NCBI RefSeq assembly: GCF_009914755.1
Contig: NC_060930.1
Source of the DNA: the human T2T-CHM13v2.0 reference genome, Homo sapiens
Length of the DNA: 64,000 bases
Direction: 5' to 3' (one strand)
In this document: positions 27,291 through 42,421 of the stretch, piece by piece
Layout of the letters: each line of letters begins with the position of its first letter
Numbering within the stretch: position 1 is the first letter of the stretch
The notes under the pieces: generated by a model
Databases searched by the model: none
Seen by the model: only the letters and a program-made list of their open reading frames with translations
What the model was told of the DNA's origin: nothing
Program-made: the position numbers and the translations under genes

Positions 27291-28155
27291 GCTTACATAT
27301 ATTTTTAGAGGTGATAAAAATAACCAATAACCATATTTATAATATATTGAAGTTAATTGAAATGAAAAACAATAAATTAACAGAAAAGATTAGTCATAAA
27401 TAAAATGAGTTGAACTAATCAAGCAAAAAACATGTGTTTAATTTCTTTCAATTATTTTATAGATTTTGACTGAAGTCCACAGTGCTGATTAAATTTACAT
27501 CTCTATTAAGAAGCATTAATAATACAGAAGAAATAGACAAGCCAAGGAGATTGATGGCAGACATAGGATTACTTTAAGTTGGTGTTCTATGAAAACAATC
27601 TTAAATTAAAATATTGAAGTGGGGTTCCTTTATATTATAATCTCATGTTTCACAAATTTGTGAGTGTATGATTGTACTGAGCTAAAATTGAAATTGAACA
27701 TTTTTTCTGTTTTCTATATCAAATCGATAACAAGCAATTTTCTAGAATTTTGAGATTGTATTCCTCTTTCATGAGTATTTTTAGAAATGGAACTAAGTTA
27801 TAAATATAAGAAAATTTTGTCACATTAGTGAAAAATGTTTACATAAAAGACCTGAATTTCGTGAAGAACCTTTAAACAATGTTCATCTCCATAAACACAA
27901 TGTCTGCTCTGAAACTTCTTTCTTATTAGAGCCAGGAAATAAAGAAAGGTGTATTTTTGGAGGAAAGATAAATTGCCTGTGATATCTTAGCTTTATGCCT
28001 TTTTTTCTTATACTTCATTTATACTAATGAGAATTTTCTATTTATCTTTTATGAGTTGATTGTTTGAAACACTATTTTGTTATTTTTACCATATTTTGTT
28101 TGGGGTATTCAAGACTCTTAAGCAAGAAGTTTAGTTACTGAATATTTTATATTGA

Positions 28156-28489
<334 letters not shown>

Positions 28490-30544
28490 TTCAAGTACAA
28501 GGAAATAATGCTCAGTTGAGACTGAGTTGGGCTGAGTGGGTTTTTGATTAACTGTGGTCTGCCTGAAACAGAAACAGTGCTCTCTGTAGCAAATGTATCT
28601 TGAAGGACTGACAGCTATACCTCCTGTTGTTCTGTTCCTATTCTTACACTAGTTTCATAAGTATCTATAAGATAAATAGAAAATTATCATTAGCATAAAT
28701 GATATATAAGTTCCATTTCTAAATAAACAAATTATTTTAAAAGAAGAAGTTTTTTTTTTATTTATTGAGTGCCTATTTTCCCAGTCTTACCCTCTTCCAG
28801 GAATGTACTCCTAGTTGGGAAAAACATCGCCTCTTGATAGGTTACTTGATATTGCTATAGTATTGAGGTCTCCTTCTAGATCATGGTTCAGTATAGCAGG
28901 TCATCATTTTTTCTGACTGGTGAAGAGAAAGTCTAGATTTTCAAGTACCTTGGAAGAGAATAGATATGCTACCACCTGTGGTAGTCCTGTTATTTGATCA
29001 GGGCTTAGCTCTTTTCAAAGGAACTTTCCTTAAGAATTCTGTCTCTTAATACCACTTCTCTTGATGACTGGTTCACCTTCCATGATACCGTTACATCAGA
29101 GGAGAGCCTGGAAGAATTGGGGTGGATTTTGTGTGCATGTGTGTGTACGTGAGCAGTGCATGATTCTTATTGGCTTGTTTCCTCATAATTCAGCTAAAGG
29201 AAAGCGTATGGTGGCGTTGATCTAACTGGTGTTTATTATCTACCTTATATTTCCAAGAAATCAGAATATTCTCTTGAGTTCCATTTACCAAAGTAAGTTT
29301 TAAATCATCCTAATATAGAGCCAAAACATAGTTACTTTTCAAAATTGCAATTCCATAAATTTTAGCTTTATTTTCCAAGATGAGAGAAACAATAGAGGAA
29401 AATTCTCACTCACAACCTAACTCAGTTATCAACAGAACATTCAAGGCTGGATCTCCTAATCAACATTGAAAAAGTATCCCCTACATTAGGAAAATACTCT
29501 GGTTCTGTCTTTACTTCATACTGGGTTATTCACAGATTGGAAAGGTATATAAGTATGGCGATTGAATCTATTCCCTTCCCCACATATCCCTCCCTTTGTA
29601 GTGAGGTCAAGCTTGGCTCTTTCACTGTGTTCATGTCAGCATTTTGTGTTAGAAATTTACGATGGGTGTGGGGGCATTACAGTGCATTCAACATTTTTTT
29701 CAGTGCCTTCTATTTGGAAATATGGTGACATGTGCAGCCAGCACTGAGTAAAAGTTTTAATGGGAGGGGAAACTAGTATAAGGATAGGAACAGAGCAACA
29801 GGAGGTGTAGCCGTCAGTCCTTCAAGACACATTTGCTACAGACAGCACTTTTTCTGTCTCAGGCAGACAACAGTTAATCTTAAGTTAGAAGAAGAAAGAA
29901 GCAGAGCTGATGCAAAAAAATATATATATATGGAGAAAGTTAAGCTGAATGTTGTAGAGCTAACACTCAATAAGTATTTGGAATGTTAGCAGTACAACCT
30001 TTATTAGCAGCTACAAAAATCAGACTACATAGTTTTTTGATAACAAGATGACCAATTCAAGGTGATACAGAGGCTTGTGCTTGGAGAAGGATGTCTTGTA
30101 GACTATTGACCAATAGGGCAGAATTTCCCTTTGTACATTCATCCCTGTTCAGGTCTAACTTGCATCCTTTTAAGCACGGACACCTGACCCATCACACCCG
30201 CAAAAGTGGATAAGATCAATCTCAAGCAGTGAACTTACACTGACCAAGCACACAGGAAATGCATATAAAAGTAGATTCCTCAAGGCCACATCTGACCAGA
30301 GTATTCATTATTTGTTACAGAAGACTCGGGAAAGCATTGAATGGCTATCTTATAATTGTTTTTTCCTCCCCATCTGAAGCTGCAGACACCATTTGAAAAG
30401 TGGCTACATCCCAGCCTATGATTGTTCTCAGGTGGCATTTTTGTTTTTATTTTCTAAATCTTGATGGGTACCTCACTGTTATTCCCACATATCACTCATA
30501 ATATTTATATTATATACTGGTAATTGAATGTGGGTTCCATATTC

Positions 30545-30810
30545 TACATTCATTTGCTAGACAAATAATTGAGATTCTACTGTATGCCAAGCACTGGAGT
30601 AATCTGTTAATTGGTTAATTCATTTATTAGTTTCTTTAAGACATACTGTATTTACTATGTATTGGGGACTATGTTAGAAGCTTGAAATATCACAGTGAAC
30701 AAGTTAGACCATGGCTACTTTCAAAGTGTCTATAGAAGAATTGAGAAATCAAGTGAACAATCACAATACTTCTGATAAGAGATAACACAGAGGAGGTAAT
30801 AGGGTTTTAT
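30545..30810 (-). mobile_element. L2 remnant(s)
   Basis: ttgagattctactgtatgccaagcactgg; tttactatgtattggggactatgttag ... cagtgaacaag. Confidence 0.6.
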
Positions 30811-32319
30811 TTTTAAAGAACAATATATAAATATAGTGGCTTTGGTCTTGTAAAATTTAGTGGCAATGTAATTGTATAAAACAAGGGAACCCAAGTGGAT
30901 AAGGTAGGAAATCAAAATATTAGCTAGTAGTAAAATAATTAAATGACATTCTCTGGTCTGGAAATTTTGCCAAGTCTTTTCAAATAAACGAAGAAAACAA
31001 CAAAAAAAACTTACTTTGGTTTGTTTCCTAACAAGTCAAAAGGAAAACCACAATCCAACAACAATGCAAGCAACAGAAAATCTTTAAATAATGACGCTGA
31101 AATTATCTTATAACTTTAATAAGTAAAAGTAAAAATATGGAAATAAACAGAAGTTTGGCAGAAAGAACAGATACAAAAATTTCAAAACTCAGGAGAAAAA
31201 GTCGAGATCTTCATGAAACAAAGCTTTAAAAGAGAAAAGTTAATGTTAGAAAACCACACAAAAGTCTAAAAGCTTAGAATGTTCAGATCCCTAAAGAAAT
31301 AAGGAGAGCATCATATAGATTTTATGGGGCATTTTATTTTCACAATAGTTGATACTGAAAGCAATTTTTTTTCCAAAGAGAATGTGCCACATAACAACTA
31401 GTAAAATAGCAAAAACAACAGGCAAAATTGGATAAAATACTCCACTTTCTAGCAGTCCAGGAGTTGGCCCTGTAATCTGTCTTCTAGTTTTTAACTTAGC
31501 CCATCCCTGACTGTCTCATATAACAATTGGTTTGTAGATGATCCCATCATTGAGTAGTTTAGCGTCTCTGAATCATAGGCCAGGTACAGCATTCAAACTT
31601 ACCTAAAAACATCACTCTTTTGGTTCTTAAAAAATATTTTGTGAAGGAGATGCCACAAGCTTTCCCTTAGAAGCCCTGTGGAAATCATCTAACTGGTGGG
31701 CTATTATTAGACACATTATCAAAGTTTCTGCTTTTTTACAAGTCTCTTCTTAATACAGTACTAGCACATGATGCCAACAGCCCATGTTATTATCATGTCA
31801 TTCTAGTGCTTTAACTAATAGGTCCCTGGAAGGAGAAGAATTCGTTTATTCCTTTGGGATTATATATAGATTTTCTTTCTTAATTTTATCTACAGTGTAA
31901 ACTTATACCCAGATCATGTCTTTTATTTTGTATTTTATGTAGCACCCTCTTTGCCTTTAGAAAAGGTTTAGAAGAGACAATGAGGAAAGATAGTTTAAGG
32001 GTGGTAGAAATAAGTTGAATTTGAGATTTGAGATGGATGTGAAAGGGTTTGGAGAGGTAGTTGCTGAGGAAGGGGCAAAGCTGGGACTTTGCCTTTGGAG
32101 CAGGCTTCTTGGACATGCAGAACAGTATCTTTGTCAGAGAACATTCTGGACCAGGAAAACTGGGAACATTAATCTAGATTAGTACAGGACTTTGAACATA
32201 GCTGTGACTACCTGACTTGTAAATTGGCATATCTGTATTTTTCTGCTGTCCTGAGTTAGTTAACTTCGTATTTTAAAATACTCATCTGAATATATCTGCT
32301 ACTTTTGCCCACCCAGAAC

Positions 32320-32836
32320 CCATTACCTTTTCTTCAGTGCAGCACTGTTCCCTCCCCACCTTCTTTGGAAAACGATGCTGCTCCAACCTTTAGGGCTTTT
32401 GTTTTGGAAGGGCAGACCACCAACCTAGATCAAGATGTAGCTGTCGTCCAGGCCTACCCAATGACCTTATTCAATTTCCATACCTACAAAGCATGGTTGA
32501 GAAGAGGAAAAAAACCCACACTTTTCAGAGGCAATCCTAGGTTTGAACTTTTGAAAAGGAGGAGCTCTTTCCACTGTGGTAGTTGAAGGTAGAGGGCTGC
32601 CTGGAGCTGCCAGTAGCCATCTTGCCACTCTCTGGGATAAGCCTGACCGAATAAAGTCCACACAGAGGAAAGCAGAACTGAGAGAAAGAGAGGGACCAAG
32701 TCCCTACTGATCTCATTTGACACACTCGATCTACTGCCTTCTGAACATTTCTTGAGCCTATAGATTACTCTACCTCCCTTATTTCCCATAAGTCACCATG
32801 ACTTGCCTTTTTCTGTTACAACCAAATCAGTCCTAG
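32320..32836 (+). mobile_element. Old ERVL-type LTR remnant (LTR16/MLT1-like)
   Basis: ctggagctgccagtagccatcttgcc ... gaaagcagaactgagagaaagagag ... tttctgttacaaccaaatcagtccta. Confidence 0.5.
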
Positions 32837-33689
32837 GAAATAAAATGTTTGTTTTGCTTCCACACCCACAGTGGGGCTTGGGAGCATCTGTATTTCAAAG
32901 CTGAGAATTCTCCACAGAATCCAGTTCCCTTCTATCTTGTTTTACCTTCTGAGGAGAGGACCATGAAGGCAGCGTCAGGCACACGACACAAATGGCAGCT
33001 GTGTTTCATCTCTTCTGTGCAGATAGCTTAATAATAAATACCTCCTTCCCTTTTTAGGGAACAAAATAGTTTTATTTTACATAGAAATTTCTTCTGTAGT
33101 GAGTAGCAGTGAAACGCTAATATTTATTAAAGAGAAATTGCCACTGATACCCTTTGGTGTAGCCCAAGAGGATGTAAGAAAAAAAGGAACAAATGGCACC
33201 TACACTCTATAAGCTGCCTAAGTGGAATCTTAATGTAGAATTTGTTGCTTTGTAGTCTTCTTTTTTTTTTTATCTAGCAAGACTAGTGTTACAGAGGATC
33301 ACGGACATTAGTCACTTGTTCTTGATAACCTCTGAAGAGTTGGATAAAAGAAAGAAACTGCCCCCAGTGAAAAGGGATGATCTGCAATATCTGAAGAATT
33401 ATTTCTGTGGAAGACAATGTTATTACAAGACACTGGGATATTATGACTATTTTGGTAGCTTAAAGAAAAATAAATTCATAATACTAGATATTAATTATAT
33501 TCGATGATATACATAATTTATAATACTAGGATAGAAAAAATCTTTATTAATTTTCAAGTAGTTACATCATTCTCTCCTCACTTCTTAGCATGAAGGCCAT
33601 TTATGTACTGGCAGGTAAATGTCAGGTTGAGAAGGCTCTAAGTCATTTCACAGTAGGGAAAGTTGGTTTTTCAACTTGGAAGCAAATTT

Positions 33690-34255
<566 letters not shown>

Positions 34256-35182
34256 CACTGGCAGAGATTTTGAAAGGCAGTATGTCCTGCTGAAATGTGA
34301 GGGAAATTCCACTGATGATTTTAAACCTAAAACGATATGAATATCTTTAGCAACAAAACCTACTTTCCTCCAGACCACATAAGAACCCGCCCATGCCTAT
34401 GTCCTATTTCCTCTGGAGCATTTTTAGGTTAAGTTTTAGATCTTGTAGTCTGGTGATATAGTACATTTTGACATAACATGGAGTAAGGATGCCATGAGGA
34501 TGCCCAGCTCATGTAGGGGGTGCTTGGCTGGTCTGTGATAGTCACTGGGAGAAAGGTTTAAGGGAAGGGCTGGCATGTCATTTCCTTCTCCCTCTTATCC
34601 TGCTCCATAATGATCACCACTGTTTATTCTTTAAATAAGTGAAAAGGGAAAGAAATAAATGTGTCATTTAAAGGGTTCCAATTTAAGTCTCCTGCTTTAT
34701 TCTTAAGCCCTGCTTAATCTTTCTTGATTCTACCCTAAGGAGTACAAATCTCTTTTGGCTGATCCACTTTCCTTTGAGGAACCAAAAGTGAACACGAGCA
34801 AACAGATTAAAAGATAGCCCAAGAGCACTGGTCAACATGTGCCCTGTGTGGTTGGATCAAGTAGAGGGAAACCATGATTTGCTTTAAAAGAATAACGGTC
34901 ATTGCAATGTCCTGCTTCTGTTCTGGGGTTCAGAATGTGATATTCTGCATCCAGTTAAAGGAATCTCTTGGCCATTTACCACAGCTAATAGTAATTAACA
35001 GAACCTACTGAAAATGCAGATGCACCCTCTTCAAACTAGTAAGTGTTACTCATCATGCTGGGATATTGAGAGAGATTTGACTTTGAGAAGCATGGAGAAA
35101 TGATTTGGTTTAAAACTAGAAACTCTGGATTATACAGATACTCATGGCACTAAGCAAATTCAGAATTAAAAGAATGTGCCTT

Positions 35183-35597
35183 CAGAGAGACAAATGCCAC
35201 AGGATCTCTCTATATGTGAAATCCAGAAAAGCCAAACTCATAGAAGTAGAGATTAGAATGGTGGTTACCAGAAACTGAGGGTGGTGATGGTGGATGGAGA
35301 AAGGGGAGATGTTGGTTAATGGGTACAAAGTTTCAGTTAGGCAGTAGGCATAAGTTCTGGTGATCTCTTCCATAGCACAGTGACTGTAGTTAATAATAAT
35401 GTATTGTATATTTCAAAATTGCTAAAAGAGAAGATTTTAAATGATCCTACCACAAGAAATGGTAAATATTTGAGGTGATAGATATGCTAATTAGCCTATC
35501 AGATCATTCTGTGATATATACATGTATTGAAACAACCTTATACCTCACAAGTAGATGCAGTTATTATGTCAGTTAAAAATAAAACTAAAAAAAATTT
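35183..35597 (+). mobile_element. 5'-truncated L1MA (MA6-MA9 class) 3' UTR
   Basis: catagaagtagagattagaatggtggttaccag...gggtacaaagtttcagttag...ttgctaaaagag; perfect 17-bp flanking direct repeat ttaaaagaatgtgcctt (35166-35182, 35598-35614). Confidence 0.92.
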
Positions 35598-36843
35598 TTA
35601 AAAGAATGTGCCTTAAAAAATATTTTGTTCTTTTCATTAAATAATAATCTTAGTAACACTGACAGTGAGAATCTATAAATTTAGCAATTTCCAAAGCAAT
35701 CATTTTAATTGGATTTAAAAGGGATATTATAGTGGATAAAACCCTCAGAATATTTTATGTAGTAGTGCCATGGTTTATTAAACAGAATTCATTTAAAGTA
35801 CACATGCAACACATCCCGATAGTTTCTTACAAACCTTGAAATAAGCAATTATTGAGAAGAGTTGAGAGGGTGATTTTCTGAGTTTAACGAAGAAGGCCTT
35901 ACATCTAGAAGCTTGCAGTCTTCTTGAAGATAGAGATTCTGAGTTGGTTTTGGCTCAGTGTCACCCTTGCCTGAAATAGTATGTGGAAAGCCACAATAAT
36001 GGGAATGAGCATAGTGTATCTGGGGGAGGAGTAGACAGGTCAGTCCAGCTGAATGCCGTGTATGTATGTTTGTGTTTGTGTGTTTATACACCAAGTGTAA
36101 AATAAAATAAAGTACAAGTCATAAAATTGGACATGTTACGGATAGTTTTGTATTGTCATAAACACATTTACACTCAATAAATGTGGAACGAATAAATCAA
36201 AGGACAAAAAGCTTTGAATACCTAATGGAACCTGAGGGTGTTCATCCTGAAGGTAACTAGAAGATATAAGTTATTTCTCTCTTTGTGGCCAGAAAGGCTA
36301 GAATTCCTTTTATAGACAGAGCAATGTTACTAGTTTTCAGACAGATGGGAATTGAAACAACTTTTATCTTTAAAGACAAAATCCTACCCAACATTGTACA
36401 TATTTAAATTTATGTGAAGTTGCCCACAGGCAGTGGAATGAGTTAATCAAATGATAAAGAAATGTCAAAACATCTTATACTTGTATATAAACCTGGTAGT
36501 TCAGTATCCTATAAAGTACAACCAATCCATCTGTCCGAAAGCCTAATACCACTATTTTTGGTGACACTAAATGCTTTAAATTTTGTCAGCAAGATTTGAG
36601 GCAATGTCAAATGCTAGAGTGATCAATATCAAATACTAGAGTGATAAAACCCCAATATTATTATATATAATTATATGTGTGTATGTATATAAATATATGC
36701 CAAAATGCTATACAAATCTATACACACTTTATATAAGTACTATATGCACACATACACACACATAATTATTAACTAAGTTTAAAAAATTCCACGTGATGAG
36801 ATTTTTTTTTAACTTTAAAAAGTATTAGCTCATTAGACTTCAC

Positions 36844-37135
<292 letters not shown>

Positions 37136-39329
37136 TAGACTTCCTGATAAGATTTCAAATTTTATGTCTTTGTCCGAAGTCAGATCTATAACTTTAAAAA
37201 TATAAACTAGTTATTTTACTTTGTTTTCATTTGTTTTTCTTTCTGATTTTTTAAGTAATTAATTCTAACAAAATGGTCTACTTGGCTGTGCTCATGTGTA
37301 TAGCTGATGTCAGCATATTAATAGCCAGATGTAGATGACATATCTTGATCTCTGGTCTCATCGCTCTACTGTTACCGTCAACATTGTTACCAAGCATGAG
37401 CTGGGCAATGCAAGGCAATTATTTTCTGACCCTTGCAGTCTGTATAATTTGGTTATCCCCTAGATACAATCTCTATAAATAGTGTTTGTTGGGTTCTGGA
37501 AACTAGAGTGGACAGATGGCATGGGGGACATAATCACCAATCTTACCCAAGTATGTAACAGATCTGAGTATATAAAGAAAGCTTGGGTATTTCTTGTAGT
37601 CAGCATGATATTTTGCTCATAAATTTCCAACATAATATAAATTTTGAAACAAAAAGGTAAGGAAAATAAAGCTTTAGGACTGTTTTCAGCCTGCTATTTT
37701 TGAGGAACAAGTGACAGAGTCTGGTCATCATTCCATTCTGTATCTTTGGATTATTTTAATGGATTATGTCCCAGATGGATATTAGCGTATTGGTAGGGCA
37801 TGGGCAGCTAAGTGGTCAAAATTTTTAAAAAGCAGCAGCTACTGGATTGGCTTGAACTGTTTCCTTAAAATGGCAGATTAGTTTTACCAGTGGTGTTTTT
37901 AATACAGCTTCACATCAAAGCAGATTTGTGTAATTTGGCCACCTGCTATAAACATCAATTTTAATCAATCACATATATCTTTGCCAATATAGTTTATCAG
38001 TGGTAAATGTTTAAAGATTTTGAAATAAATTTTATGATAAAATTAAGCAGCCATCTGGAATTGTAATATAGGTTTTTTCTAAATGATTTGCAAGTCATAA
38101 ATTTTAAACACTATATATAGAGAATACACACAGTAAGTGTACATTCATTTTGTCCCTGTTTACAATATTGTTTTTGAGGACATTTCATTGTGAATAATAC
38201 AGAAAATTTACCTTCTGAACAGGACCTATCAACAGTCTTGGGCAGAAAGACATTTGAGCTCTGCTGGTCTAGACCTGTGTGCTTAGATAATGAGTCCAGC
38301 TATTCTTGCCAGAACTGCTTGGTGATTATGATTCAATCTCTGTAGCTTTTCAGTCAGTGTGAAATTATTGTAAAAAACAAAATCTGCTCTCTGATACATT
38401 TATTTCAAGTGGTATTGCTTTAATAATGTACCCCCAATCCAAGTATAACTTACAAGAAAAATGTATTTAGCCTGCATATGCAAGTTAGATATCCTCCCCA
38501 TTAGAGTAGTAACTTCCCAAACTGTTTAGGAAAGATGCATCCAAAGAATTTGCATAATTATTATATTGCAATCTGGATTTGTGAAATCAAAGGTATTGGA
38601 TATCTAAATTAGTAGGAATATCTGCACACAACCCCTCAATCCACTTATTTCATTACATGGCTTATTTTAGGTTTTCTTTTCTTAGGCTTATTTTTGAATA
38701 ATTGATGTATTCATTACCAGTAGTAGGGGATGTGGGGGTTGGTTTTTATCTCCTCTGTTTTATCCCCCTTTTTATACTTCTTTTATTGCTCATTTTAACA
38801 TGCCACCTGTGGGGGTTTCTCCTTGACGTAACTAGTATTCTTCTGGCTAAGGCCATATTTTATTAGTTTTATGGCTTGTCTTTCCTTTTATTCAAAATCT
38901 CAGGTCTTGAAAAAGACTGGATACGAATGTAAAATGTAAGAAAGAACAAAAATACACTTTAAAAAGACTTTGGATTGCCAATATAAAGTCCATTATTAGC
39001 ATTCATAAAATAAACTACTTTAGAGCCAATAAGGATGAAATGCTCTACTTTTAATTTCTGTGGCACTATTAAAAATACTGTATATGGGATACATCCTACT
39101 TTATAGGGATTAACTTTCAACATGCAAATAAACAAGAATCGTATAACCAGTCTTACGTATTTAAGATTTAATCTAAAATTAAAATATTTTATATATTTGA
39201 TGTGTATCCTTAGGTTATCACTTTATGTAGATAGATGTGGAAGTCCTTAATACTTAACAAAACACATATAATAGGCTGGGTACGTACCTATATCATCTGA
39301 TATAAAACTCCTGTGAGGTAACTAGGGCT

Positions 39330-39950
39330 GACTCTGGATAACAAGCTATCATCAATATACCACAGTACTTCTCACATAAGCTATATTTGTGACACAGCTT
39401 GATGTGTGGTATAATATTCATAGTTATGAATAAGCATATGTTTGGATAATACAGGAGGATGCAACTCGCTCTTCCTTGAATAGTAATGATTTCACAGAGA
39501 AACTAATATTTATATTGGGACACGAGGAATGCATAGGAATTTATCCAGTCCAATTTAATTATTGTACAACGAAAGTTAAAAAGAGAAAACGCCATTGACT
39601 TTGGAAAGTAGGAACTCCAGCTATGAAAGTTGGAGGTGAAGAGTATTCCAACAAAAAGAGTAGTATGAAATAATATAGTCAGTTAAGGGAAAGCCAAGAA
39701 ATTGAAGTTCATAAGATTGGGAAGGTAAACAAAATGGTGGAGAAGTAGAGTAAGGGGCTTCGAACTCATCTAAGGTCAGGTTATCAAGGGCATTATTGCC
39801 AAGATAAGGAATAATTCTGCAGGCATAGAGAGCTAGCCAATATTTTAAAGCGATAAGACTGACATCAGTTTATGACTTTTATAAAGAGATTATCAACTTA
39901 TATTGTGGAGATTGTACCAAACAGGAACAGATTGATAGCAGGGCCAATTA
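39330..39950 (-). mobile_element. L2 remnant interrupted by a 77-bp local duplication
   Basis: gatttcacagagaaactaatattt...ggaatgcataggaatttatccag | agttggaggtgaagagtattccaacaaaaagagtagtatg follows the L2 consensus order. Confidence 0.6.
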
Positions 39951-40566
39951 TACAAAAATGATACTGATCTATTATTTTTTTAGCAGAAAAGGAAGCCATG
40001 GGTTTTTCTAGGAAGAGCTCTCTTATATGTAACTAATTAGCATTGGTTTTACTGCTAGATTACAATAAAATATATAAAGATTAGAGAATATTGTTCATAC
40101 TTAATTTTTTTCATTTTTTATTTTCAACAAGACAGTTTATCAAGATAGTTTATATAATGATTTGAATACATCTTCATTTTTTTCATACTTTTTAAAATAA
40201 TTTTTTTCACATGTTCAAGTTACTGTTCATCCATGTGGTTGACAGAGGCCCATGAGGTTGATAAATGAACTCCACTGTAACCAAAACAACTGTTTTTAAA
40301 AATAAATACATCTCCTTTACCAAGATTTTGAAGACATCTGAAAGCAAAAGCAATTGATCTGTTTTACCTTCCTTACCTGACACTTCCTGCAAAGCAAACA
40401 CAATGTAAATTGTTAGAAAAAGATTCAAAAGGCAGCTGACTGAAAAGAAAAGGTGAAGAAAGTACATAAACGAGCAACACACCAAATGACAATTTAATTC
40501 TTGTACAATGAAAGTTGAAAAGACAAAATATCATTGACTTTGGAAAGTAGGAACTCTTGCTATGAA
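39551..40566 (+). repeat. Dispersed 77-bp direct repeat (39551-39627 and 40490-40566)
   Basis: Ungapped manual alignment, 68/77 identical. Confidence 0.93.
40377..40386 (-). other. Candidate 10-nt microexon GAAGTGTCAG
   Basis: Minus strand reads ...ttttctaacaatttacattgtgtttgctttgcag|GAAGTGTCAG|gtaagg: branch point CTAAC, U-rich tract, UGC motifs, CAG acceptor and CAG/GTAAG donor. Confidence 0.45.
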
Positions 40567-42124
40567 GATTATTATTACTCATATATAATGCCTTTATTAT
40601 TTATTCTGTCTTATTTATACTGTTCAAAATCTCTACTGTGATAGATTATGAAACAGAGAATATTCTTGTGCCTGGAATTGTTTGTCCATGTCAAGTATTG
40701 TTTGATGGTTTTGACTTGATTTGACAAGTCAGGTTAATCAAAACAATCAAGGCTCTATACCATATCTAGTCTCATTATACTGTCAAAATTTAGATGTTTT
40801 GTAATAGTAAAGCATATTAATTGTTTGCTGCAAGAAGTTCAGGGTCCTTAGCTGTCCTTCTAGCATGGAAAATGTTGTTCATTTTAGTGAATATGTAAAG
40901 GAATAGTTGGGTTAACTTTTGGGCAAAGCAATTTATTTTCTTACTTAATGCAAGACTAGTACTAATGATTCTTGTAACAATTGTCATAAAGATGATTCAT
41001 ATTTTTCTATGTGGCTTTATAAATGCACCATCTATCATAAGATAGAAGATTCTAGTTTAATTGCTAACATTTATCTTTTTGGGTCTCATTTTCCCCCTGG
41101 AGTAACATTTCTAGAAATGATAAAAAAAATCATTACTTAAAAGATTGGGCTTTAAAATTGGAATTCAAGGTTATTAGATACAAATTTCTGTGGGGGAGGA
41201 AAGCACATGTATTATCCTAAGTTATATATTATTTTGTCTGTTAAGCCATTGATATAATTAAGGGGTTAATTGTTACAATCGTCTTTGGAGATCAAAGTTT
41301 AGATTGAATGAGCAATTGAAACTTGCTATGTTTTAAATGTAAGAAAAGTAGGAATTTGCTTTACAGTTATCCTTTTAAATAAGACCTTACAGGAGAGTTC
41401 TTTTCTGTCATTCTCCCTCTCTTGCCCTCTGCCTTCTCCAATCTCCATTACTTCCCTTTTGCCTCTTTTCCCTCCACAAATATTTATTGAGAGATTACTG
41501 AATGAGTACAAAATGTATTAATGTAGTGACAAATATATTGCTGTACAAACAAATGCAAAACTTTCTTAGACTAAAATACTGTTAAGGTTAGTTTTGAGCA
41601 ATATTTGAAGAAGGAAAGGGCTGCAGTGTTGGAGGGAAGATATCAAGAGTGGACAGTAACTACATCAGGATAAAACTGACCATTTAGGAGCAAGTCCAAA
41701 AGCCCAATTAGGTAAAAGGAGTCTTAGAGGCATGGTAGCACTGGCAGGCAAGAAGTCATGTTCAAGCTAGCAGAGGGGGAAGTTCTATTAGATGATGACT
41801 CAAGTAAGGAAATAATAAACTACAGTTCTAGCAGGCTTTCATGAGGGAAAATTGCATGGTACAGAAAGGGGCATTGGCAATGAGAAGGGAGGCACAAGCA
41901 GTGTTGGGCTATCAAAGAGGATAGATTCATTTTAAGAGAAACCAGGTCACTTTGGCTTCAACAGTAAACATTGGTTGGTCCATAGAGTGGATAAACAAAC
42001 AGAGTGAACCTTTGTCAAAAATATTAATTTAAATTGTTTGGTTACCTGCTACTGTTGTTGTTGTTTTGAGGGGAGATTATGGCTATCATGCAATCAAAAT
42101 AGTACCTAAGGGGGACAATTTCAG

Positions 42125-42365
42125 AGAGCATAGTGATTAAGAGCATGTACTTTGGAGTCGGACTGCCTGAATTCAAATCCTAGTTTCACTATTTACAAAC
42201 TTTGTGACTTTGGGCAAATTATTTAACCTCTTTGTACCTCAGTGTTCTTATATTTAAAATGGGGAGAATAGTAGCACATACCTCAAAAGATTGCCATAAA
42301 CATTAATTGAAATATTTGTAAAGTGCTTAGAATAATACCTGACCAATAGTAAATGGTTGTTAAGT
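42125..42365 (+). mobile_element. MIR, near full length
   Basis: gcatagtgattaagagcatgtactttggagtcggactgcctgaattcaaatcc...tgtgactttgggcaaattatttaacctctttgtacctcagt...gtaaagtgcttagaa. Confidence 0.92.
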
Positions 42366-42384
42366 GTATATGTATATGAGTGTG

Positions 42385-42415
<31 letters not shown>

Positions 42416-42421
42416 TTGTGT
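42364..42421. repeat. (TA)n(TG)n compound microsatellite
   Basis: Seen directly. Confidence 0.9.

Noticed and set aside
36602-36645. 22-bp tandem duplication (20/22); similar small tandems near 18091-18125, 54130-54186 and 56481-56502
   Set aside because: Ordinary slippage-type duplications with no further structure.
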